Assembly: GCA_964531985.1 (NCBI GenBank)
Contig: CAZHFC010000001.1
Coordinates: 188,871-252,870 of the forward strand
Reading direction: 5' to 3'
DNA: 64,000 bases
DNA from: an uncultured Bacteroidales bacterium
GTDB taxonomy: Bacteria > Bacteroidota > Bacteroidia > Bacteroidales > B18-G4
The position numbers and the translations under genes were made by a program. Under the pieces are notes generated by a model, which had not been told where the DNA came from, did no database searches, and saw only the letters and a list, made by a program, of their open reading frames with translations. This document shows, piece after piece, positions 1 to 8,501 of the stretch (its first letter is position 1; every line of letters begins with the position of its first letter).

Positions 1-932
1 TTTCGGTCTGAAGAAAAGTAGATGATCAGTTCGTTTTCACTCAGGGCAGGGTGCCCGAAAGCATCGGAGGAGTCATTGCTCAACTTCACCATTTCGGGTT
101 TGCTCCAGATACGCCCGGTGCGCCGGGAGGTATATATCTGGCATCCGTTAATCTTTTTATCTTCGTTCGGGCAACGCGTAAAATACAGGGTGTTGAATGA
201 GCTGTTCATGGTGCCGGCGCCTTCGTTGGCCTCAGAATTCACACCCTCTTCGGAGTTATCGAGTAGCACGGGTTCGCCCCATTCGCCCTTTCTGTCGAGG
301 CGCGTGGTAAAAAGGGCGCTGAATTTCTGGCCTGTCCATTCGTCATTGTTTTTACCCTTGGCACCATCGCGGGCTGATGTGAAGATGAGTTCATTGTAAT
401 TGTTGCTGGCATAGGCTGGTGCGAAATCCGAAGCACGGCTGTTAATCTTCTTGATGTACTCAAGTTCGTAATTGGATGGGTATTCCAGCCATTCATCCAT
501 CAGTTCAATGCTTTTCAGACCGGCCGGCCCACGGGGGTCGTCGGGTACCGCTTCGGCATAGAGTGCATACATCTCGCGGGCTTCTTCAAAATCGCCTTCG
601 GTTTTCAGAATGTTGGCATAATGAAGCAGCAATACGGGTTCTTTCTTGTCGTAACCGGTCCTTTGAAGCCTTTTATATTGTGCTTTGGCTGCCTTCGGGT
701 TGCCGGTCAGGCGGTAGCTCTCTGCCAGCCTGAATGAAACGCGGTCTTTTTCGACTTTGTTGTTTTTAATCTTTGACTGGGCTTTTTTGTACTTTTCAAT
801 GGCGATAACATATTTCCTGTCATCAAAAGCTTCATCGGCGCCTTTGGCGTGATTCCTTCTTTGCGCCATCGTGGCCCCCGAAGCAATCAGGATCATAAAT
901 ACGAGCAGTACAGATGTTTTATAAAGGTTCAT
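1..932 (-). CDS. OmpA-family outer-membrane protein, N-terminal portion (signal peptide, TPR-like and TolB/PD40-like repeats); the gene continues past the window start
   Basis: Open frame on the - strand from ATG (revcomp of 930-932) to the window edge. It is absent from the ORF track because it has no stop in the window. My translation: MNLYKTSVLLVFMILIASGATMAQ..., TPR-like LAESYRLTGNPKAAKAQYKRL and LHYANILKTEGDFEEAREMY, then PD40-like ELIFTSARDG, TLYFTRC, ELIIYFSSDR. Confidence 0.7.
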   Translation of the reverse strand, partial: MNLYKTSVLLVFMILIASGATMAQRRNHAKGADEAFDDRKYVIAIEKYKKAQSKIKNNKVEKDRVSFRLAESYRLTGNPKAAKAQYKRLQRTGYDKKEPVLLLHYANILKTEGDFEEAREMYALYAEAVPDDPRGPAGLKSIELMDEWLEYPSNYELEYIKKINSRASDFAPAYASNNYNELIFTSARDGAKGKNNDEWTGQKFSALFTTRLDRKGEWGEPVLLDNSEEGVNSEANEGAGTMNSSFNTLYFTRCPNEDKKINGCQIYTSRRTGRIWSKPEMVKLSNDSSDAFGHPALSENELIIYFSSDR

Positions 933-967
933 AAACCGTCATTATTGTAATAACTAAAATGTTAACG

Positions 968-975
968 CAAAACTA
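968..975 (-). promoter_or_regulatory. candidate Bacteroidetes -7 promoter box (TAGTTTTG)
   Basis: Perfect TAnnTTTG on the - strand, about 35 nt upstream of the OmpA-like ATG. Confidence 0.35.
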
Positions 976-981
976 TTGTTT

Positions 982-1284
982 TTATTCAGCTGTTTTCTTT
1001 TTTTCATCGTTTGAAGGGGGATGGTCTTTTATTTCATGCTGAGCCTTGTCTTCCGGGCTTTCATTTACCACACGTTCTACATCCAGGTCGGTTTTATACT
1101 GGTTTACTTCCGAGTTGATCTCACGCCGTATCTCTGACGAAGCCTTCCTGACCTCCCGGAGCCCCCTGCCGAAAATCCGGGCAAATTCAGGTATCTTTTG
1201 CGGTCCGAAAATAATAAAGATTACCACAACAATGATAAAGATCTCACCAAAGCTGATATCGAGGAAAAGCAGGGAGGCATTCAT
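982..1284 (-). CDS. tatA: twin-arginine translocase subunit, TatA/E family
   Basis: 100 aa. N-terminal TM helix plus amphipathic helix, FGEIFIIVVVIFIIFGPQKIPEFARIFGRGLREVRKA (the F-G-P-x-K-I-P hinge typical of TatA/B), then a charged tail. Confidence 0.85.
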   Translation of the reverse strand: MNASLLFLDISFGEIFIIVVVIFIIFGPQKIPEFARIFGRGLREVRKASSEIRREINSEVNQYKTDLDVERVVNESPEDKAQHEIKDHPPSNDEKKKTAE

Positions 1285-1310
1285 ATATTTGATTGTTGTG
1301 CTCTTTTATG

Positions 1311-1318
1311 CAAAAATA
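1311..1318 (-). promoter_or_regulatory. candidate -7 promoter box (TATTTTTG) for tatA
   Basis: Perfect TAnnTTTG on the - strand, 26 nt upstream of the tatA ATG. Confidence 0.35.
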
Positions 1319-1320
1319 AT

Positions 1321-1357
1321 AAAAAAGCGCCTGTTTGATACAATTGTACAAACAGGC
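1321..1357 (-). terminator. rho-independent terminator after secDF
   Basis: Stem gcctgtttg (1329-1337) pairs with caaacaggc (1349-1357), with extra inner pairs. On the - strand it is followed by a T-run (plus-strand A-run 1321-1326). It lies 60 nt downstream of the secDF stop. Confidence 0.6.
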
Positions 1358-1415
1358 ACTTATTATCATCCCGGGGAATGGATTGCCGGGTTGATGAATG
1401 GATTCTTCAGGCCGC

Positions 1416-4400
1416 TCAGGCAACCGGTTGCTTGTCTTTCTTTTTCCTGTGCAGTTGTTTTACCTGTCGCGTGGGCACGCCCTTTAGTTTGCGGTCTCCG
1501 CCAAGAAGGTCATAGGCAATGGGACTGGCATTGAAAAGCGATGAATAGGTTCCCACAAGGATACCCATCAGTAGTGCAAAGGTAAATCCCCTGATCACCT
1601 CTCCGCCAAAGAGGAAAATGATCAGCAATACGATGAGTGTTGTGCCTGATGTGTTCAGTGTCCTGACCAGGGTGCTGTTGAGGGCGTTGTTCATGTTTTC
1701 CCGCATGTCTTTTTTAGGGAACAGTCCGGTATATTCCCTGATGCGGTCGAAAATGATCACCGTGTCGTTGATTGAATACCCCACAATTGTCAGGATAGCC
1801 GCAATAAACGCCTGGTCGATCTCCAGTCCGAAAGGCAGGATGTTATAAAACATGGAGAAAAGGCCAAAAATGATAAGTGTGTCGTGAAGCAGGGCTGCCA
1901 GGCCGGCCAGACCAAACTGCCATTTCTTGAACCTCACGGCGATATACACAAAGATCACCAGCAGGGCGATGATTACCGAACGCCAGGCCCTTCTCATGAT
2001 GTCGTCGGCAATCACGGGGTCAACTTTCTGTGAACTGAGTATCCCGATCAGTTTGTCTTCGGTTTCCACGTCGGTACTGAAGGCTTTGTAACCGAACGAC
2101 TGGTCGACGTAAAACTTCTTGAGGCTGTTGTAAAGTTTTGTCTGGATGATGGAATCAACTTCGGGTGATTTGTCTTCGATCAGGTATTTTGTTGTGATCT
2201 TCACCTGCGAGGTCGGGCCGAAGGTCTTGATCTCAGGCGAGATATTTTCAAATTCGGCTGTAAGGGCGTCCCGGATATCACCGGTTGAAACGGACTGGTC
2301 GAAGCGTACCACATAGCTCCGGCCGCCGCTGAAATCAATGCCCGGATTCAGTCCCCTGGTAAAGAGGGATACAATACCTGCCAGGATGATCAGGCTGGAA
2401 AGTATGTAGGCTTTTTTCCTCATTCCCAGGAAATCGAAATGTATATTGGCCAGCCAGTTCCTGGTGTACTTATTGTCGAAGGAAAGTTTTTTATTCTTGT
2501 TTAGCAGGGTGGTGAAAACGAGCCTTGAAATAAAGATGGCCGAGAATAGCGATGACAGGATGCCGATGATGAGCGTGGTGGCAAAACCCTGTACGGGGCC
2601 GGTTCCAAATACATATAAAACGATCCCTGTCAGCAGGGTGGTGATGTTCCCGTCGATAATGGCTGAATAGGCATTCTTATAACCGTCGGCGATGGCAAGC
2701 CGCATTCCTTTGCCGGCCCTGATCTCCTCTTTGATGCGTTCATAGATGATCACGTTGGCGTCAACGGCCATACCGATGGTAAGCACGATACCCGCAATAC
2801 CGGGCAGGGTGAGTACCGCCTGTAGCGAGGCAAGGACACCAAAGATGAAGAAAATGTTTGTAACCAATGCCAGGTTGGCCACCCATCCGGCCCTGCTGTA
2901 GAACAATACCATGTACAGCAATACCAGTGCAAAGGCGATCAGGAAGGATGACAATCCCGCATTGATGGCTTCGGCGCCAAGGGAAGGCCCAACCACTTCT
3001 TCTTCAACGATCCTGGCGGGAGCCGGAAGTTTACCTGCTTTCAGGATGTTGGCAAGGTCCTTGGCTTCGTTAAGGTCGCCGATACCGGTGATGCTCGACA
3101 TCCCGTTCGGGATCTCGCCCCTTACATTGGGGTAGGAATAAACATAATCGTCGAGGACGATGGCGATCTGTTTGCCGACATTGTCGCGTGTGAGCCTTCT
3201 CCACACTTTTGCACCATCGCTGTTCATGGTCATGGAGACTTCAACATTTCCCAACTGGTCGAAATCCTGCCGGGCGTTTACGATCACTTCACCGGTAAGG
3301 GGTGCGCGCTTGTCGCGTGTGGTGATCTTCAGTGCCACCAGCTCCAGTATCTCCGAACCCACTTCGCGGGGCTTGCTGGTCCAGGCAAGTTTCAGGTCGA
3401 TCGGGAGCACTTCTTTGCCTCTTTTCAACATATTGTTGATGCGGGCAGTGTCTTTGATCAGCGCGTATCCCACTGTGGCCGAGCCAAAGGGCCTCCCTTC
3501 CTGATCGACGGATAACTGCAGCAACGAGCGGAGGGGATAGTCCTTTTCAAGGTCTTCGTCGGCAACACCGGCCATGTCGGAGATGGGGTCGATTTCGAGT
3601 TGATCAAGCAGCGCGGTGGCGGCATCGGTGGTGTCTTCCCCTGTTTCTTCCAACATGGCTTCCAGTCCCGTTGCTTCTTGTTCTTCAGTTTGTCCTTCAG
3701 TACTCAAATCTCCGGTACCGGCAGCCTGCAGGCTATCTGCAGAAAGCATCATTTCCTCTCTGGCATTCTGTTGGCGGATCAGCTCTTCCAATTCAAGAAG
3801 GTCATTGGCAATGTCAGGGAAACTGTATGTTTCCCAGAATTCAAGCTGGGCGGTACCCTGCAGGAGCTTGCGGATTCGTGCCGGATCTTTGATACCGGGA
3901 AGTTCAACAAGTATCCTTCCTGCAGCGGCCAGCCTTGAGATGTTGGGCTGCGTTACGCCAAAACGGTCAATACGGGTTCGCAGGATGTTGAAAGCCCTGT
4001 CGATGGCATCTTCGGTTTCTTCCCGCAGTACCCCGATTACCTCTGCATTGGTGCTGCTGAAGGTAATTTTGTCCCTCAGGTCGATAGAAGTGAAGAATTG
4101 GGAAAGATTCTGTCCCGGAGCCATTTCTTCCCAGGTTTCACCGAAGATGGTGATAAAATCTCTTGAGCTTCTGCGCTGCCTCAGTGAAGTTTCCTGCAGG
4201 ACTGACTGGAAAAGAGGATCCTCATTATAGCCTGAAAGCGCTTCCACAATGTCGCCAACCTTGACTTCGAGGATCACGTTCATCCCGCCTTTGAGGTCAA
4301 GGCCCAGGTTCAGTTCACGTTCCTTTGCTTCCTTGTATGAATATTTCCTGATCAGGATGTTGTAGGACCCCGCCAGGTTATCGAGATAATACTGTTCCCT

Positions 4401-4607
4401 GTCTTTCGAAATCGAATCAACCAGGTAGATCTCCCTCAGGGCATCACCTCCTGCCAGCTTTTCGGCCATGGCATAGGTTTCCTCGGCAAATGCATATCTC
4501 TCAGCATCTTTTTCAATCTTTGCCGTGAAAAAAGAAAAGGATAACTGGAATAGGCAAACCACTGCGAAAGCGACAGCAAAAACGATAATGGCTCCTCTGC
4601 TCTGCAT
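1416..4607 (-). CDS. secDF: protein translocase subunit SecDF (fused SecD-SecF)
   Basis: 1063 aa. SecD-type LGLDLKGGMNVILEV and a large periplasmic head. Two 6-TM RND-like blocks. SecF-type GIDFSGGRSYVVRF and INDTVIIFDRIRE. Confidence 0.95.
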   Translation of the reverse strand: MQSRGAIIVFAVAFAVVCLFQLSFSFFTAKIEKDAERYAFAEETYAMAEKLAGGDALREIYLVDSISKDREQYYLDNLAGSYNILIRKYSYKEAKERELNLGLDLKGGMNVILEVKVGDIVEALSGYNEDPLFQSVLQETSLRQRRSSRDFITIFGETWEEMAPGQNLSQFFTSIDLRDKITFSSTNAEVIGVLREETEDAIDRAFNILRTRIDRFGVTQPNISRLAAAGRILVELPGIKDPARIRKLLQGTAQLEFWETYSFPDIANDLLELEELIRQQNAREEMMLSADSLQAAGTGDLSTEGQTEEQEATGLEAMLEETGEDTTDAATALLDQLEIDPISDMAGVADEDLEKDYPLRSLLQLSVDQEGRPFGSATVGYALIKDTARINNMLKRGKEVLPIDLKLAWTSKPREVGSEILELVALKITTRDKRAPLTGEVIVNARQDFDQLGNVEVSMTMNSDGAKVWRRLTRDNVGKQIAIVLDDYVYSYPNVRGEIPNGMSSITGIGDLNEAKDLANILKAGKLPAPARIVEEEVVGPSLGAEAINAGLSSFLIAFALVLLYMVLFYSRAGWVANLALVTNIFFIFGVLASLQAVLTLPGIAGIVLTIGMAVDANVIIYERIKEEIRAGKGMRLAIADGYKNAYSAIIDGNITTLLTGIVLYVFGTGPVQGFATTLIIGILSSLFSAIFISRLVFTTLLNKNKKLSFDNKYTRNWLANIHFDFLGMRKKAYILSSLIILAGIVSLFTRGLNPGIDFSGGRSYVVRFDQSVSTGDIRDALTAEFENISPEIKTFGPTSQVKITTKYLIEDKSPEVDSIIQTKLYNSLKKFYVDQSFGYKAFSTDVETEDKLIGILSSQKVDPVIADDIMRRAWRSVIIALLVIFVYIAVRFKKWQFGLAGLAALLHDTLIIFGLFSMFYNILPFGLEIDQAFIAAILTIVGYSINDTVIIFDRIREYTGLFPKKDMRENMNNALNSTLVRTLNTSGTTLIVLLIIFLFGGEVIRGFTFALLMGILVGTYSSLFNASPIAYDLLGGDRKLKGVPTRQVKQLHRKKKDKQPVA

Positions 4608-4648
4608 ATGTTCTAGTTTAGGTTATTGTACTGTGATTTTTGAGGGTG

Positions 4649-4656
4649 CAAAAATA
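4649..4656 (-). promoter_or_regulatory. candidate -7 promoter box (TATTTTTG) for secDF
   Basis: Perfect TAnnTTTG on the - strand, 41 nt upstream of the secDF ATG. Confidence 0.35.
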
Positions 4657-4799
4657 GAATTTTATTTGGTATTAAACAATTTTGAACAGACAAATTATAT
4701 GAAATTGAAAATCAATGTACTTAATTCATGATAAACCCTAAAATAACGTGTATTGGCGGGTAAATATCAAGAGGTTGGAACAGGGTGATGAAACAGGCA

Positions 4800-5765
4800 T
4801 CAGAAGTACCTGTTTTTTTCCAGGAAGCCCTGCACATATTCTTCTATGCCTTCCTCGAGGGAGTAGAAAGGGCGGGTATAGCCGGTTGACCGGAGTTTCT
4901 CCATTTTGGCTTCGGTGAAATACTGGTATTTGTCGCGGATATCTTCGGGGGTGTCGATGAATTCGATCGCAGGTTCCCTGTTGAGCGCCCTGAAGGTTCC
5001 CCGGACGAGGTCGAGGAAGGCCCGTGCACGGCCGGTGCCCAGGTTGTAAATGCCCGGGCGTTTGCGGCAGGTCATCAGGAAATACATCACATCGGCCACA
5101 TCCTTAACGTAGATGAAGTCGCGCAGCTGCATGCCATCTTCATAATCGGGATTGTGCGACCGGAACAGCTTCACTTTCCCCGTTTCCATGATTTGCCTGT
5201 ATGCATGGAAGACCACCGAAGCCATCCGGCCTTTATGGTACTCATTGGGCCCGTAAACATTGAAGAATTTTAATCCGGCCCAGAATTCGGGCTTCTCCCG
5301 TTGCTTCAGTACCCATTTGTCGAATTCATTTTTCGATTCACCATAGGGATTAAGGGGTTTCAGGCCGGGGATAAGGTTGTGCCGGTCGTCGTATCCCAGT
5401 TCGCCCATCCCGTATGTGGCTGCAGAGGAAGCATAAACCAACGGAATGCAGTATTCAACGCATGCCAGCCACATTTTTTTTGAGTAGCCCAGGTTGAGTT
5501 CGTCAAAAATGCTTTTATCGAATTCCGTGGTATCGGTGCGTGCCCCCAGATGGTATATGAAATCCACATCCTTGTGGTTTTTATCGAGCCAATGAAAAAA
5601 CTCATCCCGCTTAACCATCTCGCGGATGGCCTTGTTCGCCAGGTTCTTTTCTTTTTCCGGGCGTGTAAAGTCATCAACAGGGACTATATCGGTGAAACCC
5701 TTGTTGTTGAGTTTGCCAACCATCACGCTGCCGATAAAACCTGCCGCTCCGGTAACAATGATCAT
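4800..5765 (-). CDS. hldD: ADP-L-glycero-D-manno-heptose 6-epimerase
   Basis: 321 aa. MIIVTGAAGFIGS Rossmann motif, ASSAATYG, FNVYGPNEYHKGRMASVVFH and NLGTGRA track E. coli HldD/RfaD along the whole length. Confidence 0.9.
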   Translation of the reverse strand: MIIVTGAAGFIGSVMVGKLNNKGFTDIVPVDDFTRPEKEKNLANKAIREMVKRDEFFHWLDKNHKDVDFIYHLGARTDTTEFDKSIFDELNLGYSKKMWLACVEYCIPLVYASSAATYGMGELGYDDRHNLIPGLKPLNPYGESKNEFDKWVLKQREKPEFWAGLKFFNVYGPNEYHKGRMASVVFHAYRQIMETGKVKLFRSHNPDYEDGMQLRDFIYVKDVADVMYFLMTCRKRPGIYNLGTGRARAFLDLVRGTFRALNREPAIEFIDTPEDIRDKYQYFTEAKMEKLRSTGYTRPFYSLEEGIEEYVQGFLEKNRYF

Positions 5766-5782
5766 TTTATATCGCTTTTCTG

Positions 5783-5790
5783 CAAAATTA
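5783..5790 (-). promoter_or_regulatory. candidate -7 promoter box (TAATTTTG) for hldD
   Basis: Perfect TAnnTTTG on the - strand, 17 nt upstream of the hldD ATG. Confidence 0.3.
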
Positions 5791-5921
5791 ATCCCTTCCG
5801 GGCTTTAAAGCAAGTAAAACCGCCATTAATGATCTGCCGCCATCCCCCGAAGCACAAATAACGCTGGTGCAGCTTGTCCAAAAACAGGCCGGGTTGTTGG
5901 CCGCACCTGAAACTTTATGAT

Positions 5922-5929
5922 TATCTTTG
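5922..5929 (+). promoter_or_regulatory. candidate -7 promoter box (TATCTTTG) for protease 1
   Basis: Perfect TAnnTTTG, 36 nt upstream of the ATG at 5966. It is embedded in the 13-mer tgattatctttgt, which also occurs upstream of protease 2. Confidence 0.4.
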
Positions 5930-5965
5930 TCGCAATAAATCAATACAGCAAATTAAAAAAAAAGC

Positions 5966-8392
5966 ATGAAAAAGCTATTCTCAATGATGATCATGGTGGC
6001 TGCGTTAACGATGTTCCTGTCCACCCTTGTGTTTTCCCAGATCAGCCGTCCGGGCATACCCCCGAGTTCGATATACCAGGATCTTCCTGTAATGATCGAC
6101 CACAGGGAGTTTCAGGCTCCCGATATGGCGCTGATCGAGGCTGAAGACCTTGAAAACGAGTTTGCAGTAAACCCCATGCCCTACCGTGCAGGTGTTGCCG
6201 TTCCGGTGAACCTCGACATTGAAAAGGCCGGAGAATGGACGATGCTGCCCGATGGGGGCAGGGTGTGGAGGCTCTCGCTGAAAGTGGAAGGCGCACTGGC
6301 CCTGGGTGTTTATTATAACGATTTCTGGCTTCCCTACGGAGGTGAATTATACCTGTATAATGAAGATAAGACCCAGGTGCTGGGTGCCTATACCGAAGAC
6401 AATAACAATCCCGAATGCACTTTTGCCAACCAGCTGGTGCAGGGCGATGTGGTAACCCTTGAATATTATCACCCGGCCGGCCAGGAAATAGAACCATTGA
6501 TCAGCATCTCTGAACTGGCCTATACATACCGCGGCGTCAGCTTTGAAAATATGCCCGGTAAAGGCGGCTCTCTCTGGTGTATGATCAATGTGAACTGTTC
6601 ACCGGAAGGCGATAACTGGCAGGATGAAAAACGGGGCGTGGTAAAACAGTATATGAAGATCGGCTGGGGTTATTACCTCTGCTCAGGAACCCTGGTCAAC
6701 AATACAGAACAGGATCTCACACCCTATGTCCTTACGGCTTATCACTGCGGCGAAGGAGCTACAGCAGCCGACCGTAACCAGTGGATATTCTATTTCAATT
6801 ATGAATCGGCTACCTGTACGGGCAACTGGGGGCCGTCAAACCAGACCATGACAGGCTGCGACCTGCGTGCCCAGGGCGATTATGATACCGGCTCGGATTT
6901 CCTCCTGATCGAATTGAAATACAGCGTGCCGACAAGCTACAATGCATATTTCAACGGTTGGGACCGGACCAATATCGGTGCCGACAGCGGCGTGAATATC
7001 CATCACCCCGCCGGTGACATAAAAAAGATATCAACCTACACCTACCCGCTTACCTCCTCGCCCTGGAACAACAACGGCGTACTTTCACACTGGAAGGCCT
7101 ATTGGGCCGAAACCGTGCACGGGACTTCCATCACCGAAGGCGGTTCATCGGGTTCACCGCTGTTCAGCCAGGAAGGGCTGGTGGTTGGCGACCTTACGGG
7201 TGGTCCGCCCGACAACTGCCAGAATCCGCTTTACAGCCTCTATGGCAAAGTATACTGGTCGTGGGATAAAATGGGCACAGCCAACAGCCAGCGGCTGAAA
7301 CCATGGCTCGACCCGGGCAACTACGGACCGGAAAAATGGGAAGGAACCTACTCGGGGACCATCCCTTCACCGGATTTTACCGCCGACAATACAAACCTTC
7401 AAACAGGCGAATCGGTAACATTCGAAGATATGACAAGCGGGAATCCCCTCGACTGGGAATGGACCTTTGACGGTGGAACCCCCGACAGCCATACGGGCCA
7501 GGATCCGCCCCCCATTACCTATAATGCACCGGGCATTTATTCTGTGGTGCTTATTGCGACAAATACCATAGGATCCGGAACCAAAGACAGTGTCGATATG
7601 ATTGTTGTTGGTGCACCTTCGGCCGATTTTTCGTCAACAAACACTTACCTTGCTTCCGGAGAAACGGTTGATTTTACAGACATGTCAGAAGGTGACCCGA
7701 TTGCCTGGAACTGGACATTTTTCGGCGGGATACCGGAGTTTTCCGTTGAACAAAACCCGGCCGGCATCCTCTATGATGCACAGGGGAATTATGATGTGAA
7801 GCTGGTGGTAACCAACCAGTACGGAAACGATTCCATTACAAAGGAAGCTTATGTAACGGTTGACGGGCCCTTTGCCGATTTCACCGCGGATGCTACCAAT
7901 GTCCTGGTGGGAGAGAGTGTTACATTTTCAGATCTTTCCATCAATGACCCCGATACATGGTCATGGAAGTTCTTTGGCGGAAGCCCGGGCAGCCATACGG
8001 GCCAGGACCCGCCGGCAGTTTCCTATAACGCTGCCGGAAGCTATAATGTAAAACTTACCGTTTCGAATGACCTGGGAACGCATTTCCTGGTCAGGGAAAG
8101 CTATATCAATGTAGGCGGGGTAGGAATGAACGAGAAGCTCTCCGAAGAAACCGTAAACATCTATCCCAATCCCACACAGGGAACTTTTTCCGTCGACGCC
8201 GGAGATATTCGCCTTGATGGAGCAAGGCTCCAGGTTCTTAATGCTGCAGCGGAAGTGATCTGTGATCACCAGATCGGCAAAGAGGCCGCTAATGTGATGA
8301 TTGACATCGCCGATCAGCCTGCCGGGATCTACCTGGTCAGGATCACGCTTGGTGAAGAGGTACTCAGCAGGAAAATAAGCCTGGTTAAATAA
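5966..8392 (+). CDS. secreted S1 (lysyl-endopeptidase-like) serine protease with three PKD domains and a T9SS C-terminal sorting domain
   Basis: 808 aa. Signal peptide MKKLFSMMIMVAALTMFLSTLVFSQ. Catalytic motifs TAYHCG (His), GSDFLLIEL (Asp), GGSSGSPLF (Ser). Three repeats of about 85 aa of the form DF(T/S)A..T....GE.V.F.D.S.....W.W.F.GG.P......P...Y...G.Y.V.L..(T/S)N (PKD). C-terminal YPNPTQGTF...GIYLVRITL...ISLVK (type-A T9SS CTD). Confidence 0.8.
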   Translation: MKKLFSMMIMVAALTMFLSTLVFSQISRPGIPPSSIYQDLPVMIDHREFQAPDMALIEAEDLENEFAVNPMPYRAGVAVPVNLDIEKAGEWTMLPDGGRVWRLSLKVEGALALGVYYNDFWLPYGGELYLYNEDKTQVLGAYTEDNNNPECTFANQLVQGDVVTLEYYHPAGQEIEPLISISELAYTYRGVSFENMPGKGGSLWCMINVNCSPEGDNWQDEKRGVVKQYMKIGWGYYLCSGTLVNNTEQDLTPYVLTAYHCGEGATAADRNQWIFYFNYESATCTGNWGPSNQTMTGCDLRAQGDYDTGSDFLLIELKYSVPTSYNAYFNGWDRTNIGADSGVNIHHPAGDIKKISTYTYPLTSSPWNNNGVLSHWKAYWAETVHGTSITEGGSSGSPLFSQEGLVVGDLTGGPPDNCQNPLYSLYGKVYWSWDKMGTANSQRLKPWLDPGNYGPEKWEGTYSGTIPSPDFTADNTNLQTGESVTFEDMTSGNPLDWEWTFDGGTPDSHTGQDPPPITYNAPGIYSVVLIATNTIGSGTKDSVDMIVVGAPSADFSSTNTYLASGETVDFTDMSEGDPIAWNWTFFGGIPEFSVEQNPAGILYDAQGNYDVKLVVTNQYGNDSITKEAYVTVDGPFADFTADATNVLVGESVTFSDLSINDPDTWSWKFFGGSPGSHTGQDPPAVSYNAAGSYNVKLTVSNDLGTHFLVRESYINVGGVGMNEKLSEETVNIYPNPTQGTFSVDAGDIRLDGARLQVLNAAAEVICDHQIGKEAANVMIDIADQPAGIYLVRITLGEEVLSRKISLVK

Positions 8393-8414
8393 TATTCAAC
8401 GACTGTTCACCGGG

Positions 8415-8456
8415 AAGCCATCCGTAATAATTATTCACCGGATGGCTTTCTTTTTT
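8415..8456 (+). terminator. rho-independent terminator between the two protease genes
   Basis: 10-bp stem aagccatccg (8415-8424) pairs with cggatggctt (8439-8448), with a 14-nt loop, followed by tcTTTTTT (8449-8456). Confidence 0.7.
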
Positions 8457-8486
8457 AATATTGTGTACCTTTCCTGATCAATTGAT

Positions 8487-8494
8487 TATCTTTG
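8487..8494 (+). promoter_or_regulatory. candidate -7 promoter box (TATCTTTG) for protease 2
   Basis: Perfect TAnnTTTG only 7 nt before the ATG at 8502, which implies a near-leaderless mRNA. Same 13-mer tgattatctttgt as at 5918-5930. Confidence 0.35.
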
Positions 8495-8501
8495 TTAGGG
8501 T

